Positions 9,701-16,740 of a stretch of 23,972 nucleotides of DNA are shown here, piece by piece. Origin of the DNA: an archaeon. GTDB taxonomy: Archaea; Iainarchaeota; Iainarchaeia; Iainarchaeales; 1-14-0-10-31-34. The translations under genes and the position numbers were made by a program. Below the pieces are notes generated by a model, which ran no database searches, was not told where the DNA came from, and was given only the letters and a program-made list of their open reading frames with translations. Numbering within the stretch: the stretch's first letter is position 1; each line of letters begins with the position of its first letter. The stretch is taken from assembly GCA_024277355.1 (NCBI GenBank), contig JAJRVL010000008.1, positions 1 through 23,972 on the forward strand. The letters are read 5' to 3'.

Positions 9701-9812
9701 AGTAATCAAAAAAAGCCAGAAATTATTTAAGCCTGTTTATTATGTTACAATAGAAGAACAAGGAAAAGAAAGAATAATGAAAATTGACGGCGTAACAGGA
9801 AAAATAATTTAA
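6711..9812 (+). CDS. HerA/DUF87-type P-loop ATPase with long Glu/Lys-rich N-terminal extension
   Basis: Walker A VVFVCGARGSGKSYVLGVLAEEL, Walker B PTWLFIDEAHTLIP, QGRRPGCSLVFATQQPSAIDTRVLSQLDILISHKL typical of archaeal HerA-like/DUF87 ATPases. 1033 aa. Confidence 0.88.
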   Translation: MTEEENEIQEETEQPRPITGERVKKTIVKEDIDIFDEVFEGKTEKHTEEEITENKVIEETEKTEEKENKEVKEENKSENKKEEIKETDKPENELELNKTEIEEKENKEIELNKKEIKEKTETKTSKKTKNKAGKKQGKKKKEYEKKELTLKEKKLLKQAEQDELEEELPEKEEIKKEIVKKARKFSEEEFDDYDIDGFDEDDVEGIEYYSGEEKFTLGNENEKTEIKTAITGLELNFLKNEETGNSFIGRKKSVFEKHKDKAGLFIGRVNEEEKDGENILLDSLNPHVVFVCGARGSGKSYVLGVLAEELSMKNKDVGIIVIDPIGVFWSMRFPNKELNEVSRLSQWGLMPQGLDTIKVFIPDGIKSEVPKSTYDSTFSIRPSLLTSEDWCLTFGMERFGPSGLLLSKVLKKLVHGFKADGKYIKAKKNFSLHDMIYCLEKDEELNSRERGYKQDSIRALVSRFEAAKSWGIFSEKGTPLGELSRANQLTILDTSFLEDDVTALVIGIIARRLLAARKISTRKEAAKKFKKTIDELLEMDVPPTWLFIDEAHTLIPSGNVKTPATSALVEYVKQGRRPGCSLVFATQQPSAIDTRVLSQLDILISHKLVFDDDIKAIFKRIPSIVPPKYKKTAFIRTLSVGTALTADRREETTRAFVMNIRPRMSQHEGRDAETSEAKEDINEEEVMQIASEMIWQKLSEEELSMEKINMLVDTLNGKYQSKVMLSSVLDNLEERGAVIEAERVYIKGKEKIEVEEEEIETAEEKYEKEIEQGLKEQELNKGKTSVNEPVVSVKELNISLKIDEENARKIAEKNRKKKKLGLFGKEERVKGIVLNFEPLYKISLNDFDLKREFVSVDCFVNAITGELIHFNGKEFVESKGLNKANSLNKDESFMLRELMQKKSVKEILELNPEITEEKSKKIIFSLAEKEFLSKEKKDGRIQYSLNKKIDLPFTPRHKLISSVNNCSFTESAVNNAVKEKYSFEEINEMIKGFWSNSVIKKSQKLFKPVYYVTIEEQGKERIMKIDGVTGKII

Positions 9813-9814
9813 AA

Positions 9815-11488
9815 TTAAAAACCATTAATTACTGAAATAATTGTTTTAGCTAATTTATCTGAATCATGCCTTAAAAAGTCGGCTTTCTCCCATAAAATTC
9901 TTTTACCGCTTAACTCTTCAATTAAATCAGTTCTAATAATTTTTCCATTAAAATCAGTTAAATCATCTTTAACTAAAAACGCTTTTTCTTTTTCGTATGT
10001 TTTAAGAATTTTTTTTTCAGGAACAGTATTGTTAACTAAAACAAAATCAATGAAATTTAAGGAAAGAATTTTATTTAATTCATTTAAATAATCTGAAGCC
10101 TTAAAATCAGGGGTTTGGTCAGGCTGGGTTACAATATTTAATACAAAAACTTTTTTTGCTTTAGTTTTTTTTATTGCATTATTTAATTCTTTAACTAAAA
10201 GATTAGGAGTAATGCTAGTATAAAAACTTCCAGGACCTAAAACAACAATATCTGCTTCAAGAACTGAATTAACTGCTTCATTAAAAGCTTTAGGTTCAGG
10301 AGACAAAAACATTTTTTTTATTCCTGACTCAGAGGACCTTACATGAAATTCTCCTTTAATTATTTTTCCATTATTTAATTCAGCACATAAATTTACGTCA
10401 TCTAAAGTTGAAGGAAAAACTTTTCCTTTAATTGCTAAAATTTTTGATGCTTCTTTTAAAGCTAACTCAAAGCTTCCCTGCATTTTAGTTAAAGCTGCAA
10501 TAAATAAATTACCAAATGAATGGCCGTTTAATTCAGTTTTTCCTTCAAAACGATACTGAAATAAATCTTTTAATAATTCTTCTGAGTCGCTTAAAGCAAC
10601 TAAACAGTTTCTTATGTCTCCAGGAGGCAGTACTCCTAAATCAGTTCTTATTTTACCTGAACTTCTGCCTGAATCCATTACAGTTACAATAGCAGTTAAA
10701 TTTGCAGTATATTTTTTTAATCCATTTAATAAGATTGGAAGGCCTGTTCCTCCTCCTACTGCAACAATTTTTAAATTAGAATTATTATTTTTTGATTCTA
10801 ATGCATTAATTGCATTAATTAAATCTGAAATTAAATTAATTGAATAATCTGCTTCCTCTAAAATATTTTTTGGTTTAACTTTAGAAAATCTTCCATGAAG
10901 TAATCTGACTGAATTCATTCCTAATTTATTTGCAATTCTTATTTCTGAATGAATTCTATCTCCAACTGAAATAACTTCTTTTGGCTTTAATTTAAAGCGT
11001 TTTAATATTTCAATAAAAAATTCTTCTTTATCAGGACCAGTTTCAATGTCATGAACAAAAATTTCATCAACTAAATTCCTTAAACCTAATAAATCAATTT
11101 TTTTTTGTTGTCTTTTGTTTATTCCAGAAGTAACAATAATTCTTTTAATTTTTTTTTGTTTTAATTCTTTAAGTAATTCTTTTACTCCTTTAAATAAATA
11201 AATTTCTTCTACTTCTCCTGAATTATATGCTTCTAATGCTTTTTTTGTTATTTCATTTTTGTTTGTTTTTGCATAATTTAATGCAATTAATTCAAATACA
11301 TTTGAAGTTGGATTTAATTCATTTAATTTTTTTTGTTCTTCAATTAATTGTTTTTCAGTTAAATTAACTCCTGATTTAATCATTGCTTTTGCAGCACGTT
11401 TTCTTGCATTAGCAACAAGAAGTCCCGAACAATCAAACAAAGTGTCATCCAAATCAAAAATAACTGCTTTAATCATAATTTTATTCAC
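9815..11488 (-). CDS. Fusion protein: N-terminal HAD-superfamily hydrolase + C-terminal YvcK/GlmR-like (CofD/UPF0052 superfamily) domain
   Basis: N-term IKAVIFDLDDTLFDCSG...IIVTSGINKRQ...VISVGDRIHSEIRIANKLGM is HAD. From about residue 239 (near 10774) LKIVAVGGGTGLPILLNGLKKYTANLTAIVTVMDSGRSSGKIRTDLGVLPPGDIRNCLVALSD...GHSFGNLFIAAL...VVLGPGSFYTSITPNLLV is YvcK-like. Start is GTG at 11488 or ATG at 11476. Confidence 0.9.
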   Translation of the reverse strand: MNKIMIKAVIFDLDDTLFDCSGLLVANARKRAAKAMIKSGVNLTEKQLIEEQKKLNELNPTSNVFELIALNYAKTNKNEITKKALEAYNSGEVEEIYLFKGVKELLKELKQKKIKRIIVTSGINKRQQKKIDLLGLRNLVDEIFVHDIETGPDKEEFFIEILKRFKLKPKEVISVGDRIHSEIRIANKLGMNSVRLLHGRFSKVKPKNILEEADYSINLISDLINAINALESKNNNSNLKIVAVGGGTGLPILLNGLKKYTANLTAIVTVMDSGRSSGKIRTDLGVLPPGDIRNCLVALSDSEELLKDLFQYRFEGKTELNGHSFGNLFIAALTKMQGSFELALKEASKILAIKGKVFPSTLDDVNLCAELNNGKIIKGEFHVRSSESGIKKMFLSPEPKAFNEAVNSVLEADIVVLGPGSFYTSITPNLLVKELNNAIKKTKAKKVFVLNIVTQPDQTPDFKASDYLNELNKILSLNFIDFVLVNNTVPEKKILKTYEKEKAFLVKDDLTDFNGKIIRTDLIEELSGKRILWEKADFLRHDSDKLAKTIISVINGF

Positions 11489-11965
11489 TTAATCCAAAAA
11501 CTTCCTCATAACTAATTCATTTTTATTTTTATAATAATGATTTTTCAGTAAAGCATCTTTTTCTAATCCCATTTTTTCATAAAAAGAAACTGCAGTTTCA
11601 TTGTCTTCATGAGTAAACAAAAATAGTTTTCTTGCCTTTGAATTATTAGACAAATAAAATTCTTTTGCTTCTTTTTCCATGAAATCAAATAATTGTCTTG
11701 CAATTCCTTTTCCTCTTAAATCTTTTAAAACTGCAATTCTGTCTAATTCAAACAAACCGTGTTTAGGCAGACCTTTAACCTGCCATGAAATTAAACCAAT
11801 TAGTTTTTCATCTGAAACTGCAACCAAATAATTTAATCCTTTAATTATTTCATCTAAAAAAACTTTGGTTCCTTCTTTAGATGAATCAATATTATATGAT
11901 TCAAATAAAATGAGTCCTATTTGTTCTGCATCTTCTTTTATTGCTTTTCTTAAATTTAAATTCAC
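11489..11965 (-). CDS. GNAT-family N-acetyltransferase
   Basis: 158 aa with LRKAIKEDAEQI...LFELDRIAVLKDLRGKGIARQLFDFMEKEA...NETAVSFYEKMGLEKD, a GNAT acetyl-CoA motif (R-G-K-G-I-A). GTG start overlaps the upstream glmS stop (TAGTG). Confidence 0.87.
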   Translation of the reverse strand: MNLNLRKAIKEDAEQIGLILFESYNIDSSKEGTKVFLDEIIKGLNYLVAVSDEKLIGLISWQVKGLPKHGLFELDRIAVLKDLRGKGIARQLFDFMEKEAKEFYLSNNSKARKLFLFTHEDNETAVSFYEKMGLEKDALLKNHYYKNKNELVMRKFLD

Positions 11966-13725
11966 TATTTCACCGTAACACTTTTAGCTAAATTTTTTGG
12001 TTTATCAGGATTTCTTTCAAGAAAAACTGCTGTATGAAATGCAAGTAATTGCAAAGGAATAATTGAAATTAAAGGAAACAATAATTCATTTACTTTTGGA
12101 AGCTTAATAAAAAAATCAAATTCATTATTGTTTTCATCACTTACTCCTATAATAAAAGCTCCTCTTGCTTTTGCTTGAATTGCATTATTTAATGTGTCAG
12201 AAAAAACTTTGTCTTTTGGAGCAATAACTACAACTGGAACATTATCTGAAATTAAAGCTAAAGGACCGTGTTTTAGGCTTCCTGCCTGAAATGCTTCAGC
12301 ATGAATATACGAAATTTCCTTTAATTTTAACGAAGCCTCTAATGCTACTCCATAATTTAAACTTCTTCCAATAAAAAAAACATCTTTAGAAGATTTAATT
12401 TTATGAGAAAGTTCTTTAACTGAATTTTTATTTAATTCAATTACTTCAGTCATTTTAAATGAAAGTTCATTTAATTCATTTAATGCTTTATTGAAGTTTC
12501 CTTTAACTGAATTTGCAAGCAAATAAAGCAGTGAAACCTGAGAAGTGAAAGCTTTAGTTGAAGCAACACCGATTTCTTCACCGCAATTTAAGTAAATTAC
12601 TTTGTCGCTTAATCTGGCTAAAGAAGAATTAAATACATTAACCATAGAAATAATTTTCAGGTTTTTCTTTTTTGCTTTTTTAACTGAATCCAATACATCA
12701 GCTGTTTCTCCGCTTTGAGACAAAGCAAAAATAACTGAATTTTCAGGAATAAAATCCAAAACATAAGGGAATTCAGATGCTTCAATTACCTGAGGGTTTA
12801 TTCCGGCAATTCTTGAAAAAAATTCTTTTCCAAATAATCCTGCATTAAAAGAAGTTCCATTTCCAATAAAAAAAAGATTTGAATCTTTAATTAAAGAAGA
12901 AATTTCATTAAAGTTTTTTTCTTCCTGACTTAAAACACTTTTCAAAACAAAAGGCTGTTCCATTATTTCTTTTAGCATAAAATGAGAATACTTTAATTTT
13001 CCTGAAGAAGTTATTTCAGATTCAACTTTAATTATTTCTCTTTTAATTTCATTCAAAGAAAAATCAAATACTTTAAAATTGTTTTTTTCAATTAAAGCAA
13101 TATCTCCGTCTTCTAAAAAAACAAATTGATTAGTAAAATTACTTAAAGGAATCTGATCTGAAGCCGCAAAAATTCCTTTTTCTGTTATTCCTAATAATAA
13201 AGGAGATTCATGTTTTACTGCAATTAATTTGTCTTTTTCTTTAGAAGAAAAAACCAATAAAGCAAAACTTCCTTTAAGCAAAGAAACTGATTCAGATACA
13301 GCATTAAAAAGACTTTTTCCTGAATTAACTTTTTCTTCAATTAATTTAAGTATTACTTCAGAGTCAGTTTCAGAAAAAAAGTTTTTGTCTGAAAGCTTTT
13401 CTTTTAACTCAGAAAAATTTTCTATTATGCCGTTATGAACTAAAGCAAGATCATTGTTAACTGAAACATGAGGATGAGCATTAACTTTGGAAATTTTTCC
13501 ATGAGTAGCCCATCTTGTATGACCTATAGCTAAAGAAGAATTAATTTTTTTTATTTTTTCAGGAATGCCGTTAATTTGTCCTGTTTGTTTAAAGAATTCA
13601 ATTTTGTTTTCAGACAAAAAAGCAGTTCCCCATGAATCATAGCCTCTGTATTCAAGTTTTTTTAAGGCATCAGTTATAACTGTTCCTTTAATTGTTTCCC
13701 CGATAAAGCCGATAATTCCGCACAT
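11965..13725 (-). CDS. glmS: Glutamine--fructose-6-phosphate aminotransferase (isomerizing)
   Basis: N-terminal nucleophile MCGIIGFIG...ALEYRGYDSWGTA...IGHTRWATHG...HPHVSVNNDLALVHNGIIENFSELK, plus SIS domains (FIGNGTSFNAGLFGKEF, ALSQSGETADVL, HGPLALI). The ORF track extends to 13809, but Met-Cys at 13725 is required for the catalytic Cys1. Confidence 0.96.
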   Translation of the reverse strand: MCGIIGFIGETIKGTVITDALKKLEYRGYDSWGTAFLSENKIEFFKQTGQINGIPEKIKKINSSLAIGHTRWATHGKISKVNAHPHVSVNNDLALVHNGIIENFSELKEKLSDKNFFSETDSEVILKLIEEKVNSGKSLFNAVSESVSLLKGSFALLVFSSKEKDKLIAVKHESPLLLGITEKGIFAASDQIPLSNFTNQFVFLEDGDIALIEKNNFKVFDFSLNEIKREIIKVESEITSSGKLKYSHFMLKEIMEQPFVLKSVLSQEEKNFNEISSLIKDSNLFFIGNGTSFNAGLFGKEFFSRIAGINPQVIEASEFPYVLDFIPENSVIFALSQSGETADVLDSVKKAKKKNLKIISMVNVFNSSLARLSDKVIYLNCGEEIGVASTKAFTSQVSLLYLLANSVKGNFNKALNELNELSFKMTEVIELNKNSVKELSHKIKSSKDVFFIGRSLNYGVALEASLKLKEISYIHAEAFQAGSLKHGPLALISDNVPVVVIAPKDKVFSDTLNNAIQAKARGAFIIGVSDENNNEFDFFIKLPKVNELLFPLISIIPLQLLAFHTAVFLERNPDKPKNLAKSVTVK

Positions 13726-13833
13726 CAAATAATAGTAAAAGTTAAACTTTAAAAAACCCGTAACACTCAAACAGCAGGCATTATAAAAAAAGTCAAAGAA
13801 GAAAAACAAAGGTTTAAAAACAAAAGCAAACTA

Positions 13834-13874
13834 TTATTAATAAAAACATTATAACGTTATTAAAATATTAATAT
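13834..13874. promoter_or_regulatory. Palindrome-rich divergent intergenic region, candidate operator
   Basis: Three perfect 10-bp palindromes: TTATTAATAA (13834-13843), ATAACGTTAT (13851-13860), ATATTAATAT (13865-13874), just upstream of the HTH regulator and divergent from glmS. AT-richness makes chance matches possible. Confidence 0.4.
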
Positions 13875-13876
13875 AA

Positions 13877-14791
13877 GTGATTTTTTTGGAAGAAAAAATT
13901 TTTGATGAACCCTTTAAGCTAAAGCCTTTGCTTTCAAAAACAGGATGGAAAATTTTCAGACTGCTGACTGAAAAAGCTTATTATCCTGCAGAAATAGCAA
14001 AAAAACTTAATTTACATGAACAAAAAGTCTATTATTACATTAAGCAGATGAAAAAAAATGATTTAATTGAAGTTGAAAAAACAGAAGAAAAATTCGGTGC
14101 ATTAGCTAAATACTTTAAAGCAAAATTTAATGTTGTTTCTCTTTCAGCAGGAAAAAAAACACAAAAAGATTTTGAGTTTTCTGGAACAGAAAAAAAAACA
14201 AAAAAAATTCAGGAATTATTTTTTCCTTTTATTGAGAAAGGGAAATTTAATGCAAAAGTTATTGTAGGGAGTCCTGACCCTCACGGAGAATTTAAAGCAA
14301 GAGCAAGAGATGCTTTTTTGGCTGCAGAATTAAGTGCTTTTTTTGGTGTTCTTTCAGGAAAAATCAGCTATCCAATGGTTTTTTTGGATACAGAATTAAA
14401 ATCAATTAAAAACGAGAATTCCAATTTAGTTATTATTGGAGGAATTTTAACTAATACTTTAACTAAAGAAATTAATTCAAAGCTTAACGCTCAGTTTATT
14501 CCTTTTGGCGGGCATTGGATAATTAAATCTAATGCTTCTAAAAAAGAATTTAATGAAGATGCAGTTGGTTTTATTGAAGTTTTAAGGCATCCTTTTTTTG
14601 CAAGAAAAAAAATCATGGTTATTGCAGGGAATAGAAATGCAGGAACTAAAGCAGCAATAATTGCATTAATAAGGCATTCAGATAAAGTGTTAAAAGCTAA
14701 TTCTTTTAATGAAAAAATTCAGTCAAAAATCGTTGAAGGAATTGATTTTGACGGAGACGGAATAATCGATGATGCTGAAATAAAAGAATAA
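13877..14791 (+). CDS. TrmB-like winged-helix transcriptional regulator with unusual C-terminal sensor-like domain and EF-hand-like tail
   Basis: N-term KLKPLLSKTGWKIFRLLTEKAYYPAEIAKKLNLHEQKVYYYIKQMKKNDLIEV is winged HTH. C-term NLVIIGGILTNTLTKEINSKLNAQFIPFGG and final DFDGDGIIDDAEI (EF-hand/dockerin-like loop). GTG start at 13877 or TTG at 13886. Confidence 0.75.
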   Translation: MIFLEEKIFDEPFKLKPLLSKTGWKIFRLLTEKAYYPAEIAKKLNLHEQKVYYYIKQMKKNDLIEVEKTEEKFGALAKYFKAKFNVVSLSAGKKTQKDFEFSGTEKKTKKIQELFFPFIEKGKFNAKVIVGSPDPHGEFKARARDAFLAAELSAFFGVLSGKISYPMVFLDTELKSIKNENSNLVIIGGILTNTLTKEINSKLNAQFIPFGGHWIIKSNASKKEFNEDAVGFIEVLRHPFFARKKIMVIAGNRNAGTKAAIIALIRHSDKVLKANSFNEKIQSKIVEGIDFDGDGIIDDAEIKE

Positions 14792-14799
14792 CTATTTCT

Positions 14800-15249
14800 T
14801 TATTTCACTTTTTTTAATAGATTTAATTTTCTTATAATTTCATCAAAATATTTTTCTCTTTTCAAAGAATAAAACTTTGTTCCGCCAATAATTTGTTTTT
14901 TCTGCAGAATTTTTTTAAGTTCAGAAGAAAGTTTATCTGACTTTAAAAATGTTTCAGGAGAAACAGGAACAACTATTAAATCAGATTTTGCCATTTTTTC
15001 TTTTAGTTCGGAAGAAACAAAAAATCCTGCATGGTCAACAGAAATTTCACTTGATAAATTTCTTTTTTTTAATTCACCAGTTAATTCTTGCACTATCGCC
15101 ATGCTAGTCAATCCAGCTCCGCAGACAAACAGAACTTTTTTTGATTTTTTGATTAACCTTAAATTTTGTTTTCTTAATTTTAATCCTTTTATTCTTTTTT
15201 TTCGTTTTGGGTCAGCAAGAATTTTCTTCTTTTTGGAGCAGGCATACAA
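14800..15249 (-). CDS. Small protein with PTS EIIB-like Cys loop fold
   Basis: KKVLFVCGAGLTSMAIVQELTGELKKRNLSSEISVDHAGFFVSSELKEKMAKSDLIVVPVS resembles the EIIB V-C-G-x-G-x-x-S pattern. Very basic N-terminal extension; the start is uncertain. Confidence 0.5.
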   Translation of the reverse strand: MYACSKKKKILADPKRKKRIKGLKLRKQNLRLIKKSKKVLFVCGAGLTSMAIVQELTGELKKRNLSSEISVDHAGFFVSSELKEKMAKSDLIVVPVSPETFLKSDKLSSELKKILQKKQIIGGTKFYSLKREKYFDEIIRKLNLLKKVK

Positions 15250-15302
15250 CGTATTTGTATTTCTTTATTAAAAAAACTAACGCAAAGTAAAAGCAATAAG
15301 CA

Positions 15303-15311
15303 TTAAATATT
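15303..15311 (+). promoter_or_regulatory. Archaeal TATA-like box (TTAAATATT) for the leaderless DUF202-like gene
   Basis: Located 22-30 nt upstream of the ATG at 15333, the spacing expected for a leaderless archaeal transcript. Confidence 0.45.
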
Positions 15312-15332
15312 TGTTTGTAGATAAAAAATAGC

Positions 15333-15668
15333 ATGGATAAAGATTTTTCTAAAAGAGAATTAGAAGAAAAAAAATTAATGGAAAAAGACCCTGAATTAAT
15401 GAATGTATTGTTAGCTAAAGAAAGAACAATTGAATCAAAATTAAGAACTACTTTATCTGTGATTAACACGTCTACTGCAATAGGCGTGTTTGGTTTTGCT
15501 TTAATTAAGTTTTTTGAAGGAAATGAATCAGCAACAAGTTTAGGCTGGGTTTTATTGTTTATTGCATTAATTATTGCTTTATATGGTGCAAAAAGATTTT
15601 TGCATTATCATTTTGAATCAAAGTCAATCAAAAACCACCGAGCTGATTTAGCTGAGTTAATTGAGTGA
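15333..15668 (+). CDS. DUF202-like small membrane protein
   Basis: LLAKERTIESKLRTTLSVINTSTAIGVFGFALIKFF...LGWVLLFIALIIALYGAKRFLHY matches the DUF202 'ERT..a..RT.l..i..G' arrangement. Ends with TGA. Confidence 0.7.
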   Translation: MDKDFSKRELEEKKLMEKDPELMNVLLAKERTIESKLRTTLSVINTSTAIGVFGFALIKFFEGNESATSLGWVLLFIALIIALYGAKRFLHYHFESKSIKNHRADLAELIE

Positions 15669-15672
15669 TTTT

Positions 15673-15951
15673 ATGGAATTAAATGAATTTACAGCAAAAT
15701 CATGCATGAGTAAAACTGCATGCGAGTTTATTCCAAAAAAAAAGGAAACATTAAATTTAACTGAAACAGCACAAAAATTAAGGGAAAAAGAAGTAATGAT
15801 TGATATTGAAACTCCTTATCTGCTTATCATTAAATTTAAAGGAAAAAACATTTCTTTATTTAAAAGCGGAAAAATAATTATTAAAGAAACCCCGGAAGAA
15901 AAAGAAGGCAAAGAAATCGCAAAAGAATTAATGGAAAAATTAACTGATTAA
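15673..15951 (+). CDS. Small hypothetical protein, TBP-half-like C-terminal segment (weak)
   Basis: ORF track start is the TTG at 15661; ATG at 15673 is preceded by GAGTGAT. C-term VMIDIETPYLLIIKFKGKNISLFKSGKIIIKETPEEKEGKEIAKELMEKL recalls the TBP 'llif.sGkiv.tGakseeea' pattern. Confidence 0.6.
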   Translation: MELNEFTAKSCMSKTACEFIPKKKETLNLTETAQKLREKEVMIDIETPYLLIIKFKGKNISLFKSGKIIIKETPEEKEGKEIAKELMEKLTD

Positions 15952-15974
15952 AGAAAAAAAAAGCATACAATAAA

Positions 15975-15982
15975 TTTAAATA
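15975..15982 (+). promoter_or_regulatory. TATA-like box TTTAAATA
   Basis: TTTAAATA lies 47-54 nt upstream of the ATG at 16029, compatible with a leader carrying the Shine-Dalgarno at 16015-16022. Confidence 0.4.
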
Positions 15983-16014
15983 AGCTAATTACGTATTTAG
16001 ACTATCATTTATTT

Positions 16015-16022
16015 GTGAGGTG
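16015..16022 (+). promoter_or_regulatory. Shine-Dalgarno GTGAGGTG
   Basis: GAGGTG ends 6 nt upstream of the ATG at 16029. Confidence 0.6.
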
Positions 16023-16028
16023 TAAAAA

Positions 16029-16673
16029 ATGGTTGATTATGGAGGGGCATTTAAGAAACCTTTTCAGGACATAACAAAATTAATTATTGGAATAGTTTTA
16101 ATGATAATTCCAATAGTAAATTTTATTTCAATGGGTTATTTCATTGAAGTAACAAAAAAAACTTTAAATAAAGATAATAATTTACCTGAATGGGCTAACT
16201 GGGGGCAATTATTTATTCAAGGTTTAGTTACAGCAGTAATTGGATTAATTTATTTTATTCCTGCATTAATTCTGCTTATGGTTGCAGCAGCACCGTTAAT
16301 TGGAGTAATTGTTTCATCAGCAACAACAGGAGCTGATCCAACAGCAGCATTAGGAGGAGCAATAGCAGGGGCAGGAGTATTATTTTTCCTTGCAGCATTG
16401 CTTGTATTAGTAACAATATTTGTTGTTCCAATGGCAATAGTATTTTATGCTAGAGGCGGATTTTCAGCAGCATTTAAAGTAGGAGAAATACTAAAAGCAT
16501 GTCTGACAGGAAACTATATTATTTCATGGATTATTGTAATGATTGTTTCATTAATTCTTGGATTAGTATTAGGAATAGTTCCTTTTGTTGGCGGAGCAAT
16601 AGCCGGCTTTTATATGGGGCTAGTTGAATACAGTTTATTTGCTCAAGTATTAAATGAACAAGCAGGGAAATAA
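16029..16673 (+). CDS. DUF4013-like multi-pass membrane protein
   Basis: DYGGAFKKPFQDITKLIIGIVLMIIPIVNFISMGYFIEVTKKTLN...LPEWANWGQLFIQG is characteristic of the DUF4013 family; multiple TM segments. Confidence 0.8.
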   Translation: MVDYGGAFKKPFQDITKLIIGIVLMIIPIVNFISMGYFIEVTKKTLNKDNNLPEWANWGQLFIQGLVTAVIGLIYFIPALILLMVAAAPLIGVIVSSATTGADPTAALGGAIAGAGVLFFLAALLVLVTIFVVPMAIVFYARGGFSAAFKVGEILKACLTGNYIISWIIVMIVSLILGLVLGIVPFVGGAIAGFYMGLVEYSLFAQVLNEQAGK

Positions 16674-16699
16674 TTTCCCTTTCCTTTCTTCTTTTTTTT
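16665..16699 (+). terminator. Hairpin plus T-rich tract overlapping the stop codon
   Basis: GGGAAA-TAA-TTTCCC (16665-16679) followed by TTTCCTTTCTTCTTTTTTTT to 16699. Confidence 0.5.
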
Positions 16700-16740
16700 A
16701 AGAACAATAATTTAACTACTTTTAGCTTTAATTTTCTTTA

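Noticed and set aside
7504-9709. Further minus-strand ORFs inside the HerA-like gene (91, 61, 193, 64, 61 and 131 aa)
   Set aside because: Fully contained antisense to a well-supported long CDS, with no recognisable motifs.
10614-10847. Plus-strand 77-aa ORF
   Set aside because: Antisense to the conserved YvcK-like domain.
11489-11965. Calling the GNAT gene gna1 or rimI outright
   Set aside because: Only the generic acetyl-CoA motif is recognisable. Substrate assignment would rest on neighbourhood alone.
13229-13438. Plus-strand 69-aa ORF
   Set aside because: Antisense to glmS.
13726-13809. 28-aa N-terminal extension of GlmS in the ORF track
   Set aside because: The catalytic N-terminal Cys must follow Met. 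MCGIIGF at 13725 is the real start, and the extension is Phe-rich low complexity.
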